Program-made: the position numbers and the translations under genes
Notes under the pieces: model-generated
Database searches by the model: none
What the model was told of the DNA's origin: nothing
What the model saw: the letters and a program-made list of their open reading frames with translations, nothing else
NCBI GenBank assembly: GCA_966238525.1
Contig: CBILOJ010000001.1
Location: 1-32,250 of the forward strand
Source: an uncultured Methylophilaceae bacterium
Lineage (GTDB): Bacteria; Pseudomonadota; Gammaproteobacteria; Burkholderiales; Methylophilaceae
Length of the DNA: 32,250 nucleotides
Direction: 5' to 3'
Shown: positions 7,775 through 18,812 of the stretch, one piece after another
Layout of the letters: each line of letters begins with the position of its first letter
Numbering within the stretch: the stretch's first letter is position 1

Positions 7775-9136
7775 TCAGGCGCTGGCTGCGGCCTTGACGC
7801 TTTCAGCGATGCTCTCTGCCAGCGATTGCACTTGTTCGCGTGCGCGGCCTTCCACCATGACGCGAATCTTAGGCTCGGTACCGGAGGCACGCAGCAGCAC
7901 GCGGCCACTGTCGCCAAGCGCCGCTTCCGCGGCCTTGACCGCCGCCTGGATAGGGACGCTGGCCTTGAGATCAATACGTTTCTGCACGGTGACGTTGATC
8001 AACACTTGCGGATAGAGAACGAGTTCCTGGCCAAATTCGGCTAACGTACGGCTGCTGGCGCGCAAGGCATGCAGCACCTGCAAAGCGGCAATGATACCGT
8101 CGCCACTGCTGTGCTTGTCCATACACAGGATATGGCCCGAGTTTTCGCCGCCGAGCTGCCAACCGTTCTGGTTGAGCAGTTCCAGCACGTAGCGGTCGCC
8201 CACGTTGGCGCGGGCAAACGGAACATCGGCGCGATCCAGCGCATGTTCGAGCGCGAGATTGGTCATCAGGGTACCGGCCACACCACCGGCCAGCAGGCCG
8301 TGCTGTCGGCGATGCATGGCAATGATATAGAGCAATTGATCGCCGTCGAGCAATCGACCCTGGTGGTCAACCATCACCACGCGATCACCGTCACCATCGA
8401 AGGCGATGCCGAGATCGGCATCATGCTCGAGCACGGCGCGGCATAGCGCTTCCGGATGGGTAGAACCGCAATCGAGATTGATGTTGAGGCCGTCGGGCTT
8501 GTTGCCGATGGTGATGACTTCTGCGCCCAATTCATGGAAAACGGGCGGCGCGACGTGATAGGTGGCGCCATGCGCGCAATCGAGCACGATCTTGAGGCCG
8601 CGCAGGTCGAGCGCGTTGGGAAACGTGCTTTTGCAGAATTCGATATAGCGGCCCGCGGCATCGTCGATGCGCCGCGCCTTACCGAGCCGGGCCGAATTCA
8701 TCGTCTGCAGCGGCCGATCGAGCTCTTCTTCGATCGCATGTTCGACCTCGTCGGGCAGTTTGGTGCCCTGCGCCGAGAAAAACTTGATGCCGTTGTCCTC
8801 AAACGGATTGTGCGAAGCCGAAATGACGATGCCAGCTTGCGCACGCAATGCCCGCGTCAAGTGGGCCACGGCCGGCGTCGGCATCGGGCCGGTCAGCAGC
8901 ACGTCGACCCCGGCCGCAGACAAGCCGGCCTGCAACGCGGATTCCAGCATGTAGCCGGAAATGCGCGTGTCCTTGCCGATGAGGACGGTGGGATGCGCAC
9001 CGGGCGCCAGATGCGTGTCGAGCGTAGTCAGCACGCGTCCGGCTGCATAGCCCAAGCGCATCATGAAATCGGGCGTAATAGGCGCTACGCCTACCCGCCC
9101 GCGGATACCGTCGGTACCAAAGTATTTTTTGCTCAT
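7775..9136 (-). CDS. glmM: Phosphoglucosamine mutase
   Basis: 453 aa from ATG 9136 ([16 protein letters not shown]...). Active-site region is [15 protein letters not shown]. It follows folP as in the conserved rlmE-ftsH-folP-glmM cluster. Confidence 0.95.
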   Translation of the reverse strand: MSKKYFGTDGIRGRVGVAPITPDFMMRLGYAAGRVLTTLDTHLAPGAHPTVLIGKDTRISGYMLESALQAGLSAAGVDVLLTGPMPTPAVAHLTRALRAQAGIVISASHNPFEDNGIKFFSAQGTKLPDEVEHAIEEELDRPLQTMNSARLGKARRIDDAAGRYIEFCKSTFPNALDLRGLKIVLDCAHGATYHVAPPVFHELGAEVITIGNKPDGLNINLDCGSTHPEALCRAVLEHDADLGIAFDGDGDRVVMVDHQGRLLDGDQLLYIIAMHRRQHGLLAGGVAGTLMTNLALEHALDRADVPFARANVGDRYVLELLNQNGWQLGGENSGHILCMDKHSSGDGIIAALQVLHALRASSRTLAEFGQELVLYPQVLINVTVQKRIDLKASVPIQAAVKAAEAALGDSGRVLLRASGTEPKIRVMVEGRAREQVQSLAESIAESVKAAASA

Positions 9137-9152
9137 GGCGATGATTTCGAGA

Positions 9153-9977
9153 TTAGGGTAATACCGCGGCAGCCACCTTGAGGGCGTCGGCCGTAGCTTT
9201 GACGTCATGCACGCGCACTATTCTAGCGCCTTTCATCACCGAGATCACCGAAGCGGCGATGCTGGCATGCAGACGCACGTAGACATCGCCGCCGGTCATC
9301 TGACCCAGTACTGATTTGCGCGACAGTCCGACCAGCAACGGGCGCCCCAGCTCGGCGATGTCCTGCAGCGCGCGCAGCAATGCGACATTGTGAACGGTGC
9401 GCTTGCCGAAGCCGAAACCGGGATCGAGCACGATGCGCTCGCCGGCGATGCCGGTGGCTTGGGCCGTAGCCAAGCGGTCGGCGAGAAAGGTGCGCACGTC
9501 TTCCACCACGTCGTCATACTGGGGATCGTCCTGCATGTTTTGCGGCAAACCCTGCATATGCATAAGGCAAACCCCGACATTGCTTCGCGCCACGATTTCC
9601 AGTGCGTCCGGTTCCTGCAGCGCACGCACGTCGTTGATGATATCGGCACCGGCAGCGATGGCTGCGCGCATGACCTCGGGCTTGTAGGTATCGACCGAAA
9701 GCGGCACGCCGGCCACCTTGGATAAGGCCTCGACTACCGGCACTACACGGCTCAACTCGTCATCCAAGCTAACCGGCGTAGCACCGGGTCGCGTCGATTC
9801 ACCGCCGATATCGAGAATATCCGCTCCCTCGGCGACGAGTTGCAGCGCATGCTCTACCGCTTTTTCTGTCGATTCATATTTACCGCCGTCAGAAAAGGAA
9901 TCGGGCGTGACGTTGACGATGCCCATGACGTGCGGACGCGAGAGGTCTAGCTGGTAACTGCCGCAGTGGAATTTCAT
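9153..9977 (-). CDS. folP: Dihydropteroate synthase
   Basis: About 274 aa from ATG 9977 ([32 protein letters not shown]...[11 protein letters not shown]...), typical of FolP. The exact start could also be 10016. Confidence 0.92.
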   Translation of the reverse strand: MKFHCGSYQLDLSRPHVMGIVNVTPDSFSDGGKYESTEKAVEHALQLVAEGADILDIGGESTRPGATPVSLDDELSRVVPVVEALSKVAGVPLSVDTYKPEVMRAAIAAGADIINDVRALQEPDALEIVARSNVGVCLMHMQGLPQNMQDDPQYDDVVEDVRTFLADRLATAQATGIAGERIVLDPGFGFGKRTVHNVALLRALQDIAELGRPLLVGLSRKSVLGQMTGGDVYVRLHASIAASVISVMKGARIVRVHDVKATADALKVAAAVLP

Positions 9978-10047
9978 AAGGGAATAATTAAGCCACATTC
10001 CGCCGCGAAAGACCATGCGGCGGAATGTGGCTCAGGTTTGTTACGCT

Positions 10048-11940
10048 TCAGATCTTGGCGATCGGCTGCGGCGTCGGCTCGGCCTTGGGACCGGAGCTGC
10101 CGCTGCTGTCACGCGGTGACGGCGTGGTAGGCTGGCTCGGCTTGGGCGGCCGTGGCGGCAAGCCGGCCATAATGTCGTTGATCTGCTCGGCATCGATGGT
10201 TTCCCATTGCAGCAATGCGGCGACCATGGCTTCGACCTTGTCGCGGTTGGCTTCGAGCAGGCCGCGCGCAATCGCATACTGTTCGTCGAGGATGCGGCGG
10301 ATTTCGCCATCGACCTTCTGTTGCGTCGCTTCCGAAATCGTCTTCGAGGTCATGCTGCCGAAGAACGAGTCCTGCTCGCTGCCGGCGTAAACCATGGTAC
10401 CAAGCGCATCGGACATGCCGTAACGCGTCACCATGTCGCGCGCCATCTTGGTCGCACGCTCGAAGTCGTTTGAAGCACCGGTCGACATCTGGTGCATGAA
10501 GATTTCCTCGGCGATGCGACCGCCGAACAGGATGGAAATTTCCTCCAGCATCTTGTCGCGGTAGTTGCTGATGTGGTCGTGCTCTGGCAATTGCCAGGTC
10601 AGACCCAATGCCCAGCCGCGCGGCATGATGGTGACCTTGTGCACCGGATCGGCCTTCGGCAGCAGCTTGGCCACGACCGCATGGCCGGACTCGTGGTAGG
10701 CCGTATTGCGGCGCTCTTCCTCGCGCATGAGCATGGATTTGCGCTCAGGGCCCATGTAGATCTTGTCCTTGGCATCCTCGAAATCGGACATCTCGACCGT
10801 ACGCTTGTTGCGGCTCGCCGCCAGCAAGGCAGCCTCGTTGACCAGGTTGGCGAGATCGGCACCCGAGAAACCGGGTGTACCCCGCGCCAATACTTCGGCC
10901 TTGACGTCGGAATCGATAGGCACCTTGCGCATGTGCACCATGAGAATCTGCTCGCGACCGCGGATATCGGGCAGGCCGACCATGACCTGGCGGTCGAAAC
11001 GGCCCGGACGCAGCAGTGCCTTGTCGAGCACATCGGCGCGGTTGGTGGCGGCGATGACAATGACGCCGGAATTGGCTTCGAAGCCGTCCAACTCGACCAG
11101 CAGCTGGTTCAGCGTCTGTTCGCGCTCGTCGTTGCCACCGCCGGTGCCGGCACCGCGATGACGGCCCACGGCATCGATTTCATCAATGAAGATGATGCAG
11201 GGCGCAGCCTTCTTGGCCTGCTCGAACATGTCGCGTACGCGGGCGGCGCCGACGCCGACAAACATTTCGACGAAGTCGGAACCCGAAATCGTGAAGAACG
11301 GCACCTTGGCTTCACCGGCGATGGCCTTGGCCAGCAAGGTTTTACCGGTTCCTGGGGGACCGACCATGAGCACGCCACGGGGGATGCGCGCGCCCAGCTT
11401 CTGGAATTTGCCGGGATCGCGCAGGAATTCGACCAGCTCGGACACTTGTTCCTTCGATTCGTCACAGCCGGCAACATCGGCAAATGTGATCTGGTTGGTG
11501 TTTTCATCAAGCTGGCGCGCACGGCTCTTGCCGAACGAGAAGGCGCCGCCCTTGCCGCCGCCCTGCATCTGCCGCATGAAGAATACCCAGACGCCGATCA
11601 ACAGCAGCATCGGGAACCAGGAAACGAAGATGTTCATGAGCAGCGAAGGCTCTTCGTCGGGCTTGGCCTCGACGACGACATTGTTCTTGAGCAGATCGGA
11701 CACCAGCCATGGGTCGGTTGGCGCATAGGTGTTGAATTTCTTGCCTTCAGTCGTGATGCCGCGCAGCACGCGGCCGTCGATGACGACTTTCTGGATGTGG
11801 CCCTGTTTCACCTCATCGATGAACTGCGAGTAGACCACCTGGCTGTCGGCCGCATTCTTGACGCCGAACTGGTTGAACACCGTCACCAGCACCAGCGCGA
11901 CGATGAGCCAAATGGCGATATTCTTTACGATGTTGTTCAA
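10048..11940 (-). CDS. ftsH: ATP-dependent zinc metalloprotease FtsH
   Basis: 630 aa. Walker A GPPGTGKT, Walker B IIFIDEID, second region of homology, and zinc motif HESGHA. The N-terminus has two TM segments. Confidence 0.98.
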   Translation of the reverse strand: MNNIVKNIAIWLIVALVLVTVFNQFGVKNAADSQVVYSQFIDEVKQGHIQKVVIDGRVLRGITTEGKKFNTYAPTDPWLVSDLLKNNVVVEAKPDEEPSLLMNIFVSWFPMLLLIGVWVFFMRQMQGGGKGGAFSFGKSRARQLDENTNQITFADVAGCDESKEQVSELVEFLRDPGKFQKLGARIPRGVLMVGPPGTGKTLLAKAIAGEAKVPFFTISGSDFVEMFVGVGAARVRDMFEQAKKAAPCIIFIDEIDAVGRHRGAGTGGGNDEREQTLNQLLVELDGFEANSGVIVIAATNRADVLDKALLRPGRFDRQVMVGLPDIRGREQILMVHMRKVPIDSDVKAEVLARGTPGFSGADLANLVNEAALLAASRNKRTVEMSDFEDAKDKIYMGPERKSMLMREEERRNTAYHESGHAVVAKLLPKADPVHKVTIMPRGWALGLTWQLPEHDHISNYRDKMLEEISILFGGRIAEEIFMHQMSTGASNDFERATKMARDMVTRYGMSDALGTMVYAGSEQDSFFGSMTSKTISEATQQKVDGEIRRILDEQYAIARGLLEANRDKVEAMVAALLQWETIDAEQINDIMAGLPPRPPKPSQPTTPSPRDSSGSSGPKAEPTPQPIAKI

Positions 11941-11991
11941 GTCCCGTTCCTTAGCAATAGGGAAGCAATAATGGTAATTCTAAACTTATTT

Positions 11992-12645
11992 TCAGGCGGT
12001 TGCCGGACTCTCCGGCATCACCGCTATCCTGCGCCTTAGCCCCAGCAGATACACCTCGCTGCTGCGATCGCGCGAAGCTTTGGGCTTGCGTGTGGCAACC
12101 TTGTCGAAACCCGCACGCATGTTGCGTACGATATCGTCGAAACCTGATCCGGCGAACACTTTGACCAGGAAACTACCCTCCGGTTTCAGCCATTTCAGAC
12201 TGAATTCAAGCGCCAGTTCGGTCAGGTAAGCAGCACTCGCCTGATCCATCGCACTGATGCCACTGATATTGGGGGCCATGTCGGCGATTACAAGGTCTAC
12301 CGGCTGCCCGTTCAACATCTGTTCCAGCTGCTCCAGTATCGCCTGCTCGCGGAAGTCGCCCTGGATGAAAGTGACGCCGCCGACAGGCGCCATTTCCAGC
12401 AGGTCGAGCGCGATGACGCGACCCTTGCCCTGCAATCGCCGTGCGGCGACCTGCGACCAGCTACCTGGTGCAGCGCCAAGGTCAACGATGGTCATGCCAG
12501 GCCGGATCAATTTGTCGCGATCGTCGATTTCGATCAGCTTGTAGGCCGCACGGGCGCGATAGCCGTCCTGCTTCGCACGTTTGACGAATTCGTCGTTCAC
12601 ATGCTCCTGCATCCAGGCTTTGCTGCTGGTCGGTCTGCGTTTCAT
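11992..12645 (-). CDS. rlmE: 23S rRNA (uridine2552-2'-O)-methyltransferase RlmE (FtsJ/RrmJ)
   Basis: 217 aa. [30 protein letters not shown], and SAM site [12 protein letters not shown]. It sits immediately upstream of ftsH. Confidence 0.93.
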   Translation of the reverse strand: MKRRPTSSKAWMQEHVNDEFVKRAKQDGYRARAAYKLIEIDDRDKLIRPGMTIVDLGAAPGSWSQVAARRLQGKGRVIALDLLEMAPVGGVTFIQGDFREQAILEQLEQMLNGQPVDLVIADMAPNISGISAMDQASAAYLTELALEFSLKWLKPEGSFLVKVFAGSGFDDIVRNMRAGFDKVATRKPKASRDRSSEVYLLGLRRRIAVMPESPATA

Positions 12646-12686
12646 CTGCTAAACTGCGGCCTTTTTAATCAACAAGATAACGGTTT

Positions 12687-12998
12687 ATGACTCAGGCGCA
12701 GCCCCAACAGTTAAGCAGCAAGCACATCAGCCATCTGCGCGCGCTGGGCCACGGCCTCAACCCCGTGGTCATGATAGGCAACAACGGCCTTACCGAGAAA
12801 GTCCTGCACGAAATCGACGTGAGCCTGCAGGCGCACGAGCTCCTCAAGATCAAGGTGCATGGCGACGACCGCGCGCAGCGCATTCAGATGCTGGAAGCCA
12901 TCTGCACGCAAACCCACGCCATCCCCGTTCACCATATCGGCAAGCAGCTGCTCGTCTACCGCGCAGCGGACAAGCCGCGTATCGTTTTCCCCAAATAA
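12687..12998 (+). CDS. yhbY: YhbY-like CRM-domain RNA-binding protein
   Basis: 103 aa (LSSKHISHLRALGHGLNPVVMIGNNGLTEKVLHEIDVSLQAHELLKIKV...), divergent from rlmE as in E. coli. Confidence 0.85.
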   Translation: MTQAQPQQLSSKHISHLRALGHGLNPVVMIGNNGLTEKVLHEIDVSLQAHELLKIKVHGDDRAQRIQMLEAICTQTHAIPVHHIGKQLLVYRAADKPRIVFPK

Positions 12999-13007
12999 AC
13001 CCGCCGA

Positions 13008-13460
13008 CTAGCGGCTGGACTTGAGCACCAGCGCCACGCCGAGCAGACTTTGCAGCAGATAGGCGATGCTGGCCACGCCGTGCCAGGTGCGAAAACGATC
13101 GGCGAATACGCTATGCATGACGTCAGCGGGCATGGCCTGCGCCTTGAGCCCGGCGACGATAGGCTGGATACCGAAATGGCCGGCCAGCGTCAGTAGCAGC
13201 ATCACCAGCACAATCCAGAAATACGGCTGGCGCAAGGCTGAAATACCCACGCGCATCAAGCGCTGGGTCAGGAGATAAACTGCGCTGACCATGCCCACAC
13301 AGGCCACCAGGGTGAACAGCCTGCCCGCCAGCATGCCGGCGAGCTGCTTGTCGGACAGCGTCGTGAACAGCGTGGGCGCCACCAGATAACCGATAGCCCA
13401 CAAAGCGCCGACCCAGGCGGTAATGAAGATCAGTGCGAGCTTGTCAGACCAATGATTCAT
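13008..13460 (-). CDS. DUF4149-type integral membrane protein
   Basis: 150 aa with four hydrophobic segments, 14 nt downstream of greA. The family assignment is from memory of similar proteins and the function is unknown. Confidence 0.6.
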   Translation of the reverse strand: MNHWSDKLALIFITAWVGALWAIGYLVAPTLFTTLSDKQLAGMLAGRLFTLVACVGMVSAVYLLTQRLMRVGISALRQPYFWIVLVMLLLTLAGHFGIQPIVAGLKAQAMPADVMHSVFADRFRTWHGVASIAYLLQSLLGVALVLKSSR

Positions 13461-13474
13461 AGAGTGGCTATCGG

Positions 13475-13951
13475 CTAGATGTATTGGACGTCCAGCACTT
13501 CATAAGAACGCATACCGCCCGGTGCCATGACTTCAGCCACGTCGCCGGCCGACTTGCCGATCAGCGCGCGGGCAATGGGCGAGCTGACTGAAATCTTGCC
13601 ACCCTTGATGTCGGCTTCGTCGTCGCCGACGATCTGATAGGTGATCACGCCGCCATCATCCATGTCTTCCAGTTCCACGGTCGCACCGAACACACAATGG
13701 CCTTCCGCATTCAGCGTTTGCGGATCGATGACCTGGGCATTGGCCAGCTTGGCTTCGATTTCGGCGATGCGGCCCTCGATGAAGCTTTGGCGCTCTTTGG
13801 CGGATTCATACTCTGCATTTTCGGAGAGGTCGCCCTGGGCGCGCGCTTCGGCGATCGCCTGGATCACGGCGGGACGCTCGACGCCGCGCAGGCGCTGCAG
13901 TTCGGCCTTGAGCATCTCGGCGCCTTTGACGGTGACGGGGATCTTGTTCAT
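13475..13951 (-). CDS. greA: Transcription elongation factor GreA
   Basis: 158 aa. [21 protein letters not shown]...[34 protein letters not shown] is typical of GreA. Confidence 0.97.
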   Translation of the reverse strand: MNKIPVTVKGAEMLKAELQRLRGVERPAVIQAIAEARAQGDLSENAEYESAKERQSFIEGRIAEIEAKLANAQVIDPQTLNAEGHCVFGATVELEDMDDGGVITYQIVGDDEADIKGGKISVSSPIARALIGKSAGDVAEVMAPGGMRSYEVLDVQYI

Positions 13952-13980
13952 TCGAATTTTCCTTAGCTGTAGCTGTTCCT

Positions 13981-14016
13981 AAAAACAAAAACCACACCTG
14001 TAGGCAGGCGTGGTTT
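13981..14016 (-). terminator. Rho-independent terminator after carB, about 30 nt upstream of the greA start
   Basis: The minus strand reads AAACCACGCC-TGCCTACA-GGTGTGGTTTTTGTTTTT. It has a 9-bp stem (one G-U) and a long T tract. Confidence 0.8.
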
Positions 14017-14034
14017 GTGAATGTCGTTATCTTA

Positions 14035-17000
14035 TTACTTTGCCAGCTGGCGATGCAAGTGCTGTAAAGACAGTACTTCGATTTCCTGCAGGTGCGCCAT
14101 ACCGATGCAGGCCGCCTTGGCGCCCGCCAGCGTCGTGTAATAAGTTACCTTGTTCTGCAGCGCGCTGCGCCGGATGGCATAGGAATCATGCACCGCGCGC
14201 TTGTCTTCGACCACGTTGACGATAAAGCTGATCTCGCCGTTCTTGATCATGTCGACGATGTGCGGCCGGCCTTCGGCTACCTTGTTGACCGGTGCGACAG
14301 TAAGTCCGGCTGCGGTCAGCGCCGCCGCCGTACCACGCGTGGCTACCAGCTGGAAGCCGAGATCGGCCAGTGCTTGTGCGACTTCCACCACTTTTTCATG
14401 GTCTTCGCGTCGCACGCTGATAAAGGCGCGACCAGCATTCGGCAACCGCGTGCCGGCCCCGAGCTGGGACTTGACGAAAGCTTCGGCGAAGGTACGACCG
14501 ATGCCCATGACTTCACCCGTGGACTTCATTTCCGGTCCGAGGATGGTATCCACGCCTGGGAACTTGATGAACGGGAATACCGCTTCCTTGACCGAGTAGT
14601 ACGGAGGCACCACCTCGTGCGTAATACCCTGCGCCGGCAGGCTCTTGCCGGTCATGCAGCGCGCAGCGGCTTTCGCCAACTGTATGCCGCAAGCCTTGGA
14701 CACGAACGGGACGGTACGCGAGGCACGTGGATTGACTTCGAGCACGTAGACGGTATCGCCCTGGCTGTTGTTCTGGATCGCGAACTGTACGTTCATGAGG
14801 CCGACGACACCGAGCGCCTGCGCCATCTGTACCGTCTGCCGGCGCAGCTCGTCCTGCAATTCCTCAGACAAACTGTAAGGCGGCAGCGAACAGGCCGAAT
14901 CGCCCGAGTGCACGCCGGCCTGCTCCACGTGTTCCATGATGCCGCCGATGATGACGTTCTCGCCGTCGCACAAGGCGTCGACGTCGACTTCCTTGGCGTC
15001 GTTGAGGAAGCGATCGAGCAGCACCGGCGATTCGTTCGACACCTTGACCGCCTCCCGCATGTAGCGCTCGAGCTGCGCCTGTTCGTGAACGATTTCCATG
15101 GCGCGGCCGCCGAGCACGTAGGACGGGCGTACGACGAGCGGATAGCCGATCTCCTGCGCCAGGCGCAGCGCTTCCTGCTCGGTGCGCGCCGTGCGGTTCG
15201 GCGGCTGCTTGAGGCCGAGTTCGAACAGCATCTGCTGGAAGCGTTCGCGGTCTTCGGCACGGTCGATGGCGTCGGGGCTGGTGCCGATGATGGGTACGCC
15301 GGCCTTTTCCAGGTCGCGCGCGAGCTTGAGCGGCGTCTGGCCACCGTACTGGACGATCACGCCCTTGGGTTTTTCCAGCGCAACGATCTCGAGTACGTCT
15401 TCCAAGGTTAGCGGCTCAAAATAGAGGCGGTCGGAAGTGTCGTAGTCGGTCGATACGGTTTCCGGGTTGCAGTTGACCATGATGGTTTCATAGCCGTCCT
15501 CGCGCATGGCGAAGGCGGCATGCACGCAGCAGTAGTCGAATTCGATGCCCTGGCCGATGCGGTTCGGTCCGCCACCCAGCACCATGATCTTGTCGCGCGT
15601 GGTTGGCTGCGCCTCGCACTCTTCCTCATAGGTCGAGTACATATAGGCGGTACGCGTGGAGAACTCGGCGGCGCAGGTATCGACGCGCTTGTAGACCGGG
15701 CGCACGTTGAGCGCCTGGCGGTAGGCACGCACGGCATGCTGGTCCGTGCCCAAAAGCTGCGCCAGCCGGCGGTCGGAAAAGCCGCGTCGCTTGAGCTGGA
15801 ACAGCAGGTCACGGTCGAGATCGGCAAGATGGCGGCCCTTGAGTGCCTGCTCGCGCTTGATGAGATCCTCGATCTGCACCAGAAACCAGGGGTCGATCTT
15901 GGAATGGTCAAAGACCTGCTCCACCGACATGCCGTGACGGAAAGCATCGCCCACGTACCAGATGCGTTCAGGGCCGGGTTCGCCGAGTTCCTTCTGGATC
16001 AGGTCGATATCGTCGGTTTTCTCGTCGAGACCGTCGGCGCCCACTTCGAGACCGCGCAAGGCTTTCTGGAAACTTTCCTGGAAGGTACGGCCAATGGCCA
16101 TTACTTCACCAACCGATTTCATCTGTGTCGTCAGGCGGGAATCGGCCTGCGGGAATTTCTCGAAGGCGAAGCGCGGTATCTTGGTGACGACGTAATCGAT
16201 GGTGGGTTCGAACGAGGCCGGCGTGGCGCCGCCCGTGATTTCGTTCCTGAGCTCGTCCAGCGTATAACCAACGGCAAGCTTGGCCGCGATCTTGGCAATT
16301 GGAAATCCGGTCGCCTTGGACGCCAGCGCCGACGAGCGCGACACGCGCGGGTTCATTTCGATGACGATCATGCGGCCGTCATCGGGATTGATCGCGAACT
16401 GCACATTGGAACCGCCGGTATCGACGCCGATCTCGCGCAGCACGGCAATGCTGGCGTTGCGCATGAGCTGATATTCCTTATCGGTCAGCGTCTGCGCCGG
16501 CGCTACCGTGATCGAATCGCCGGTATGCACGCCCATCGGGTCGAGATTCTCGATCGAACAGATGATGATGCAGTTGTCCTGGTTGTCGCGCACCACCTCC
16601 ATCTCGTATTCTTTCCAGCCCAGCAGCGACTCCTCGATCAGCAATTCGTGCGTGGGTGAAGCCTCGAGGCCGCGCTCGCAGATGCTGAGAAATTCTTCGC
16701 GATTGTAGGCAATGCCGCCGCCGCTGCCGCCCATGGTGAACGAGGGCCGGATGATGGCGGGATAGCCGATCGAGGCCTGTACCTGCAGCGCTTCTTCAAG
16801 ACTATGCGCCACGGCGGAGCGTGCCGAACTCAGACCGATTTTGGTCATGGCGACCTTGAACTTTTCGCGGTCCTCGGCCTTGTCGATGGCTTCCTTGCTG
16901 GCACCGATGAGCTCGACGCCGTATTTCTCGAGCACGCCTTCGCGCGCCAGATCGAGCGCGCAGTTCAGCGCCGTCTGCCCGCCCATGGTCGGCAATAACG

Positions 17001-17253
17001 CATCGGGACGCTCGATGGCGATGATCTTCTCCACCACCTGCCAGGTCACGGGCTCGATGTAAGTGGCGTCGGCCATCTCCGGGTCGGTCATGATGGTGGC
17101 CGGATTCGAATTCACCAGAATGACGCGATAACCCTCTTCGCGCAGCGCCTTGCAGGCCTGGGCGCCGGAATAGTCGAACTCGCAAGCCTGGCCGATAACG
17201 ATAGGGCCGGCGCCGATGATGAGAATGCTGTTGATGTCTGTACGTTTTGCCAT
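14035..17253 (-). CDS. carB: Carbamoyl-phosphate synthase large subunit
   Basis: 1072 aa. [42 protein letters not shown]..., with duplicated ATP-grasp halves. Confidence 0.99.
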   Translation of the reverse strand: MAKRTDINSILIIGAGPIVIGQACEFDYSGAQACKALREEGYRVILVNSNPATIMTDPEMADATYIEPVTWQVVEKIIAIERPDALLPTMGGQTALNCALDLAREGVLEKYGVELIGASKEAIDKAEDREKFKVAMTKIGLSSARSAVAHSLEEALQVQASIGYPAIIRPSFTMGGSGGGIAYNREEFLSICERGLEASPTHELLIEESLLGWKEYEMEVVRDNQDNCIIICSIENLDPMGVHTGDSITVAPAQTLTDKEYQLMRNASIAVLREIGVDTGGSNVQFAINPDDGRMIVIEMNPRVSRSSALASKATGFPIAKIAAKLAVGYTLDELRNEITGGATPASFEPTIDYVVTKIPRFAFEKFPQADSRLTTQMKSVGEVMAIGRTFQESFQKALRGLEVGADGLDEKTDDIDLIQKELGEPGPERIWYVGDAFRHGMSVEQVFDHSKIDPWFLVQIEDLIKREQALKGRHLADLDRDLLFQLKRRGFSDRRLAQLLGTDQHAVRAYRQALNVRPVYKRVDTCAAEFSTRTAYMYSTYEEECEAQPTTRDKIMVLGGGPNRIGQGIEFDYCCVHAAFAMREDGYETIMVNCNPETVSTDYDTSDRLYFEPLTLEDVLEIVALEKPKGVIVQYGGQTPLKLARDLEKAGVPIIGTSPDAIDRAEDRERFQQMLFELGLKQPPNRTARTEQEALRLAQEIGYPLVVRPSYVLGGRAMEIVHEQAQLERYMREAVKVSNESPVLLDRFLNDAKEVDVDALCDGENVIIGGIMEHVEQAGVHSGDSACSLPPYSLSEELQDELRRQTVQMAQALGVVGLMNVQFAIQNNSQGDTVYVLEVNPRASRTVPFVSKACGIQLAKAAARCMTGKSLPAQGITHEVVPPYYSVKEAVFPFIKFPGVDTILGPEMKSTGEVMGIGRTFAEAFVKSQLGAGTRLPNAGRAFISVRREDHEKVVEVAQALADLGFQLVATRGTAAALTAAGLTVAPVNKVAEGRPHIVDMIKNGEISFIVNVVEDKRAVHDSYAIRRSALQNKVTYYTTLAGAKAACIGMAHLQEIEVLSLQHLHRQLAK

Positions 17254-17509
17254 CTTCGAATGTCTAGTGAATGTTCCCGGTCAGGGGAAACTTACCAAAA
17301 AAAACTTGTTCGCCATTGTTATGGCGGTAGCTATGTCGCCTGCATCATGCGCCTCGATCCGAGCAAACCAGGTACGTGCTTCCGATTTCCGCGCCGACGG
17401 CGTTGTTGTGCCTGTCATCAGATCCGCCGGGAATTTTCTGAATTCCATCATCCCCCGCGTACGAACTCACCACTGCCGGCATCGCCGTATCAGTAGTCGG
17501 ATTGCGGCA

Positions 17510-18646
17510 TCAGGCCTGTTTATGGCTTTTCATCAAATCGATGAAGCGATCGAACAGATAATTCATTTCATGCGGACCCGGGCTTGCTTCCGGATGGCCC
17601 TGGAAGCTGAAAGCCGGCTGGTCGGTGCGCGCAATGCCCTGCAGGCTGCCGTCGAACAGCGACACGTGAGTGGCGCGCAAATTGGTGGGCAGGCTTTGCG
17701 GATCGACAGCGAAACCGTGATTCTGGCTCGTAATGAACACACGCTTGTCGTCGGTGTCCTGCACGGGATGGTTGGCACCGTGATGGCCGAATTTCATCTT
17801 GATGGTCTTGGCGCCGCTGGCCAGGCCGAGCAATTGGTGGCCCAGGCAGATGCCGAAGGTAGGCACGCCCTGGTCTACCAGGGTCTGGATAGCATCGATA
17901 GCGTAATCGCAAGGCTCGGGGTCGCCTGGGCCGTTAGACAGGAAAATACCATCGGGGTTGAGCGCCAGCGCTTCCTCGGCCGTGGCTTGCGCCGGCAGCA
18001 CAGTAACCTTACAGCCGCGCGACGTCAGCATACGCAGGATATTGCGCTTGACGCCGTAGTCGAACGCCACCACGTTGAGCCCGGCCTGTTGAGGCTTGGT
18101 ATAGCCCTCGCCTAGCCGCCACTCGCCGTCCTCGAAATGATAGGACTGTTTGGTGCTGACCACCTTGGCCAGATCCATGCCGGCCAGACCGGGGAATGCC
18201 CGCGCCAACTCCAGCGCCTTGGCCTCGTCCACCTCGCCGGCCATGATGCAGCCGGATTGCGCACCCTTTTCACGCAGGATGCGCGTGAGTTTGCGCGTAT
18301 CGATGTCGGCGATCGCCACCACGTTTTTCTCGACCAGATAATCCGACAGCGATTGCTCGCTGCGCCAGCAGCTTGTGGCCAGCGGCAAGTCGCGGATGAT
18401 GAGTCCACTGGCATAAACCGCGTCTGACTCAACGTCATCGGGATTCACGCCGACATTGCCGACATGCGGATAGGTCAGCGTGACGATCTGCTTGGTATAG
18501 GAAGGGTCGGTCAGGATTTCCTGATAGCCCGTCATTGAGGTATTGAATACCACCTCGCCGACGGTAGAGCCGGCAGCACCGATGGAAATGCCCCGAAACA
18601 CCGTTCCGTCTGCAAGTACGAGTATGGCAGGCAGGGTTTGAGGCAA
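17510..18646 (-). CDS. carA: Carbamoyl-phosphate synthase small (glutaminase) subunit, TTG start
   Basis: 378 aa. The catalytic region is GICLGHQLL. The start codon at 18646 is TTG, preceded by AAGGAG with a 7-nt spacer. E. coli carA also initiates at UUG. Confidence 0.97.
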   Translation of the reverse strand: MPQTLPAILVLADGTVFRGISIGAAGSTVGEVVFNTSMTGYQEILTDPSYTKQIVTLTYPHVGNVGVNPDDVESDAVYASGLIIRDLPLATSCWRSEQSLSDYLVEKNVVAIADIDTRKLTRILREKGAQSGCIMAGEVDEAKALELARAFPGLAGMDLAKVVSTKQSYHFEDGEWRLGEGYTKPQQAGLNVVAFDYGVKRNILRMLTSRGCKVTVLPAQATAEEALALNPDGIFLSNGPGDPEPCDYAIDAIQTLVDQGVPTFGICLGHQLLGLASGAKTIKMKFGHHGANHPVQDTDDKRVFITSQNHGFAVDPQSLPTNLRATHVSLFDGSLQGIARTDQPAFSFQGHPEASPGPHEMNYLFDRFIDLMKSHKQA

Positions 18647-18708
18647 TTCATAACTCCTTGAAATTCAGATTACTGTTTGCTGCGAGTGCTCCCATGGAGC
18701 GGATGTGC

Positions 18709-18746
18709 AAAGCGGGAGGAGCATGCACTCTTCCCGCTTTTTGATT
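18709..18746 (-). promoter_or_regulatory. Stable hairpin at the 5' end of the predicted carA leader
   Basis: The minus strand reads AAAAAGCGGGAAGAG-TGCATG-CTCCTCCCGCTTTG, about 10 bp of stem with one mismatch. It lies directly downstream of the predicted carA promoter and about 60 nt upstream of the start codon. Confidence 0.4.
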
Positions 18747-18752
18747 TGTGAA

Positions 18753-18781
18753 ATTATAGCGCAGAACGGCCCCGTCTTCAA
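18753..18781 (-). promoter_or_regulatory. Sigma70-type promoter for carAB (TTGAAG - 17 nt - TATAAT)
   Basis: The minus strand has TTGAAG (18781..18776), a 17-nt spacer, and a perfect TATAAT (18758..18753). Confidence 0.55.
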
Positions 18782-18812
18782 CGAGATTCGTTAGCGACAT
18801 CTCCGGCTGCGG

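Noticed and set aside
7600-7974. 124-aa minus-strand ORF spanning the glmM 3' end and the intergenic region, plus mini-ORFs of 17 to 26 codons in 7600..7700.
   Set aside because: It is out of frame with glmM, has Arg/Ser/Ala-rich sequence and no start context. The mini-ORFs show no conservation evidence available to me.
9137-9208. N-terminal extensions of track ORFs: glmM 9208, folP 10016, dgkA 6950, nadK 23873, hrcA 23781 and bamE 20709.
   Set aside because: The recognisable protein families begin at internal ATGs (for example [13 protein letters not shown] for GlmM and [17 protein letters not shown] for HrcA). The extensions are non-homologous and overlap neighbouring genes or intergenic regulatory DNA.
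10492-12039. 515-aa plus-strand ORF antisense to ftsH. Similar long ORFs lie antisense or out of frame to real genes: 14092..15411 and 15520..16659 (carB), 17216..18115 (carA), 18969..19877 (dapB), 24859..26016 (hemH), 5327..6145 (GT4), 26208..27023 (hldD), 27780..28436 (hldE) and 19882..20610 (bamE).
   Set aside because: Each one fully overlaps a gene with unmistakable homology-type sequence. Their translations are Arg/Ala/Gly/His-rich low-information strings typical of stop-poor alternative frames in GC-rich DNA. None has a plausible RBS or context.
17412-17418. A perfect CTGTCAT heptamer on the plus strand inside the carA-carB spacer, considered as a further Pho box.
   Set aside because: It is a single half-site with no phased partner, on the strand antisense to the car genes. 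A chance occurrence is likely.
18709-18746. The hairpin was first read as the dapB rho-independent terminator.
   Set aside because: On the dapB/carA sense strand it is followed by only TTTG, and it lies downstream of the predicted carA promoter. I therefore treat it as a carA leader element. Its T-rich tail is on the opposite strand.
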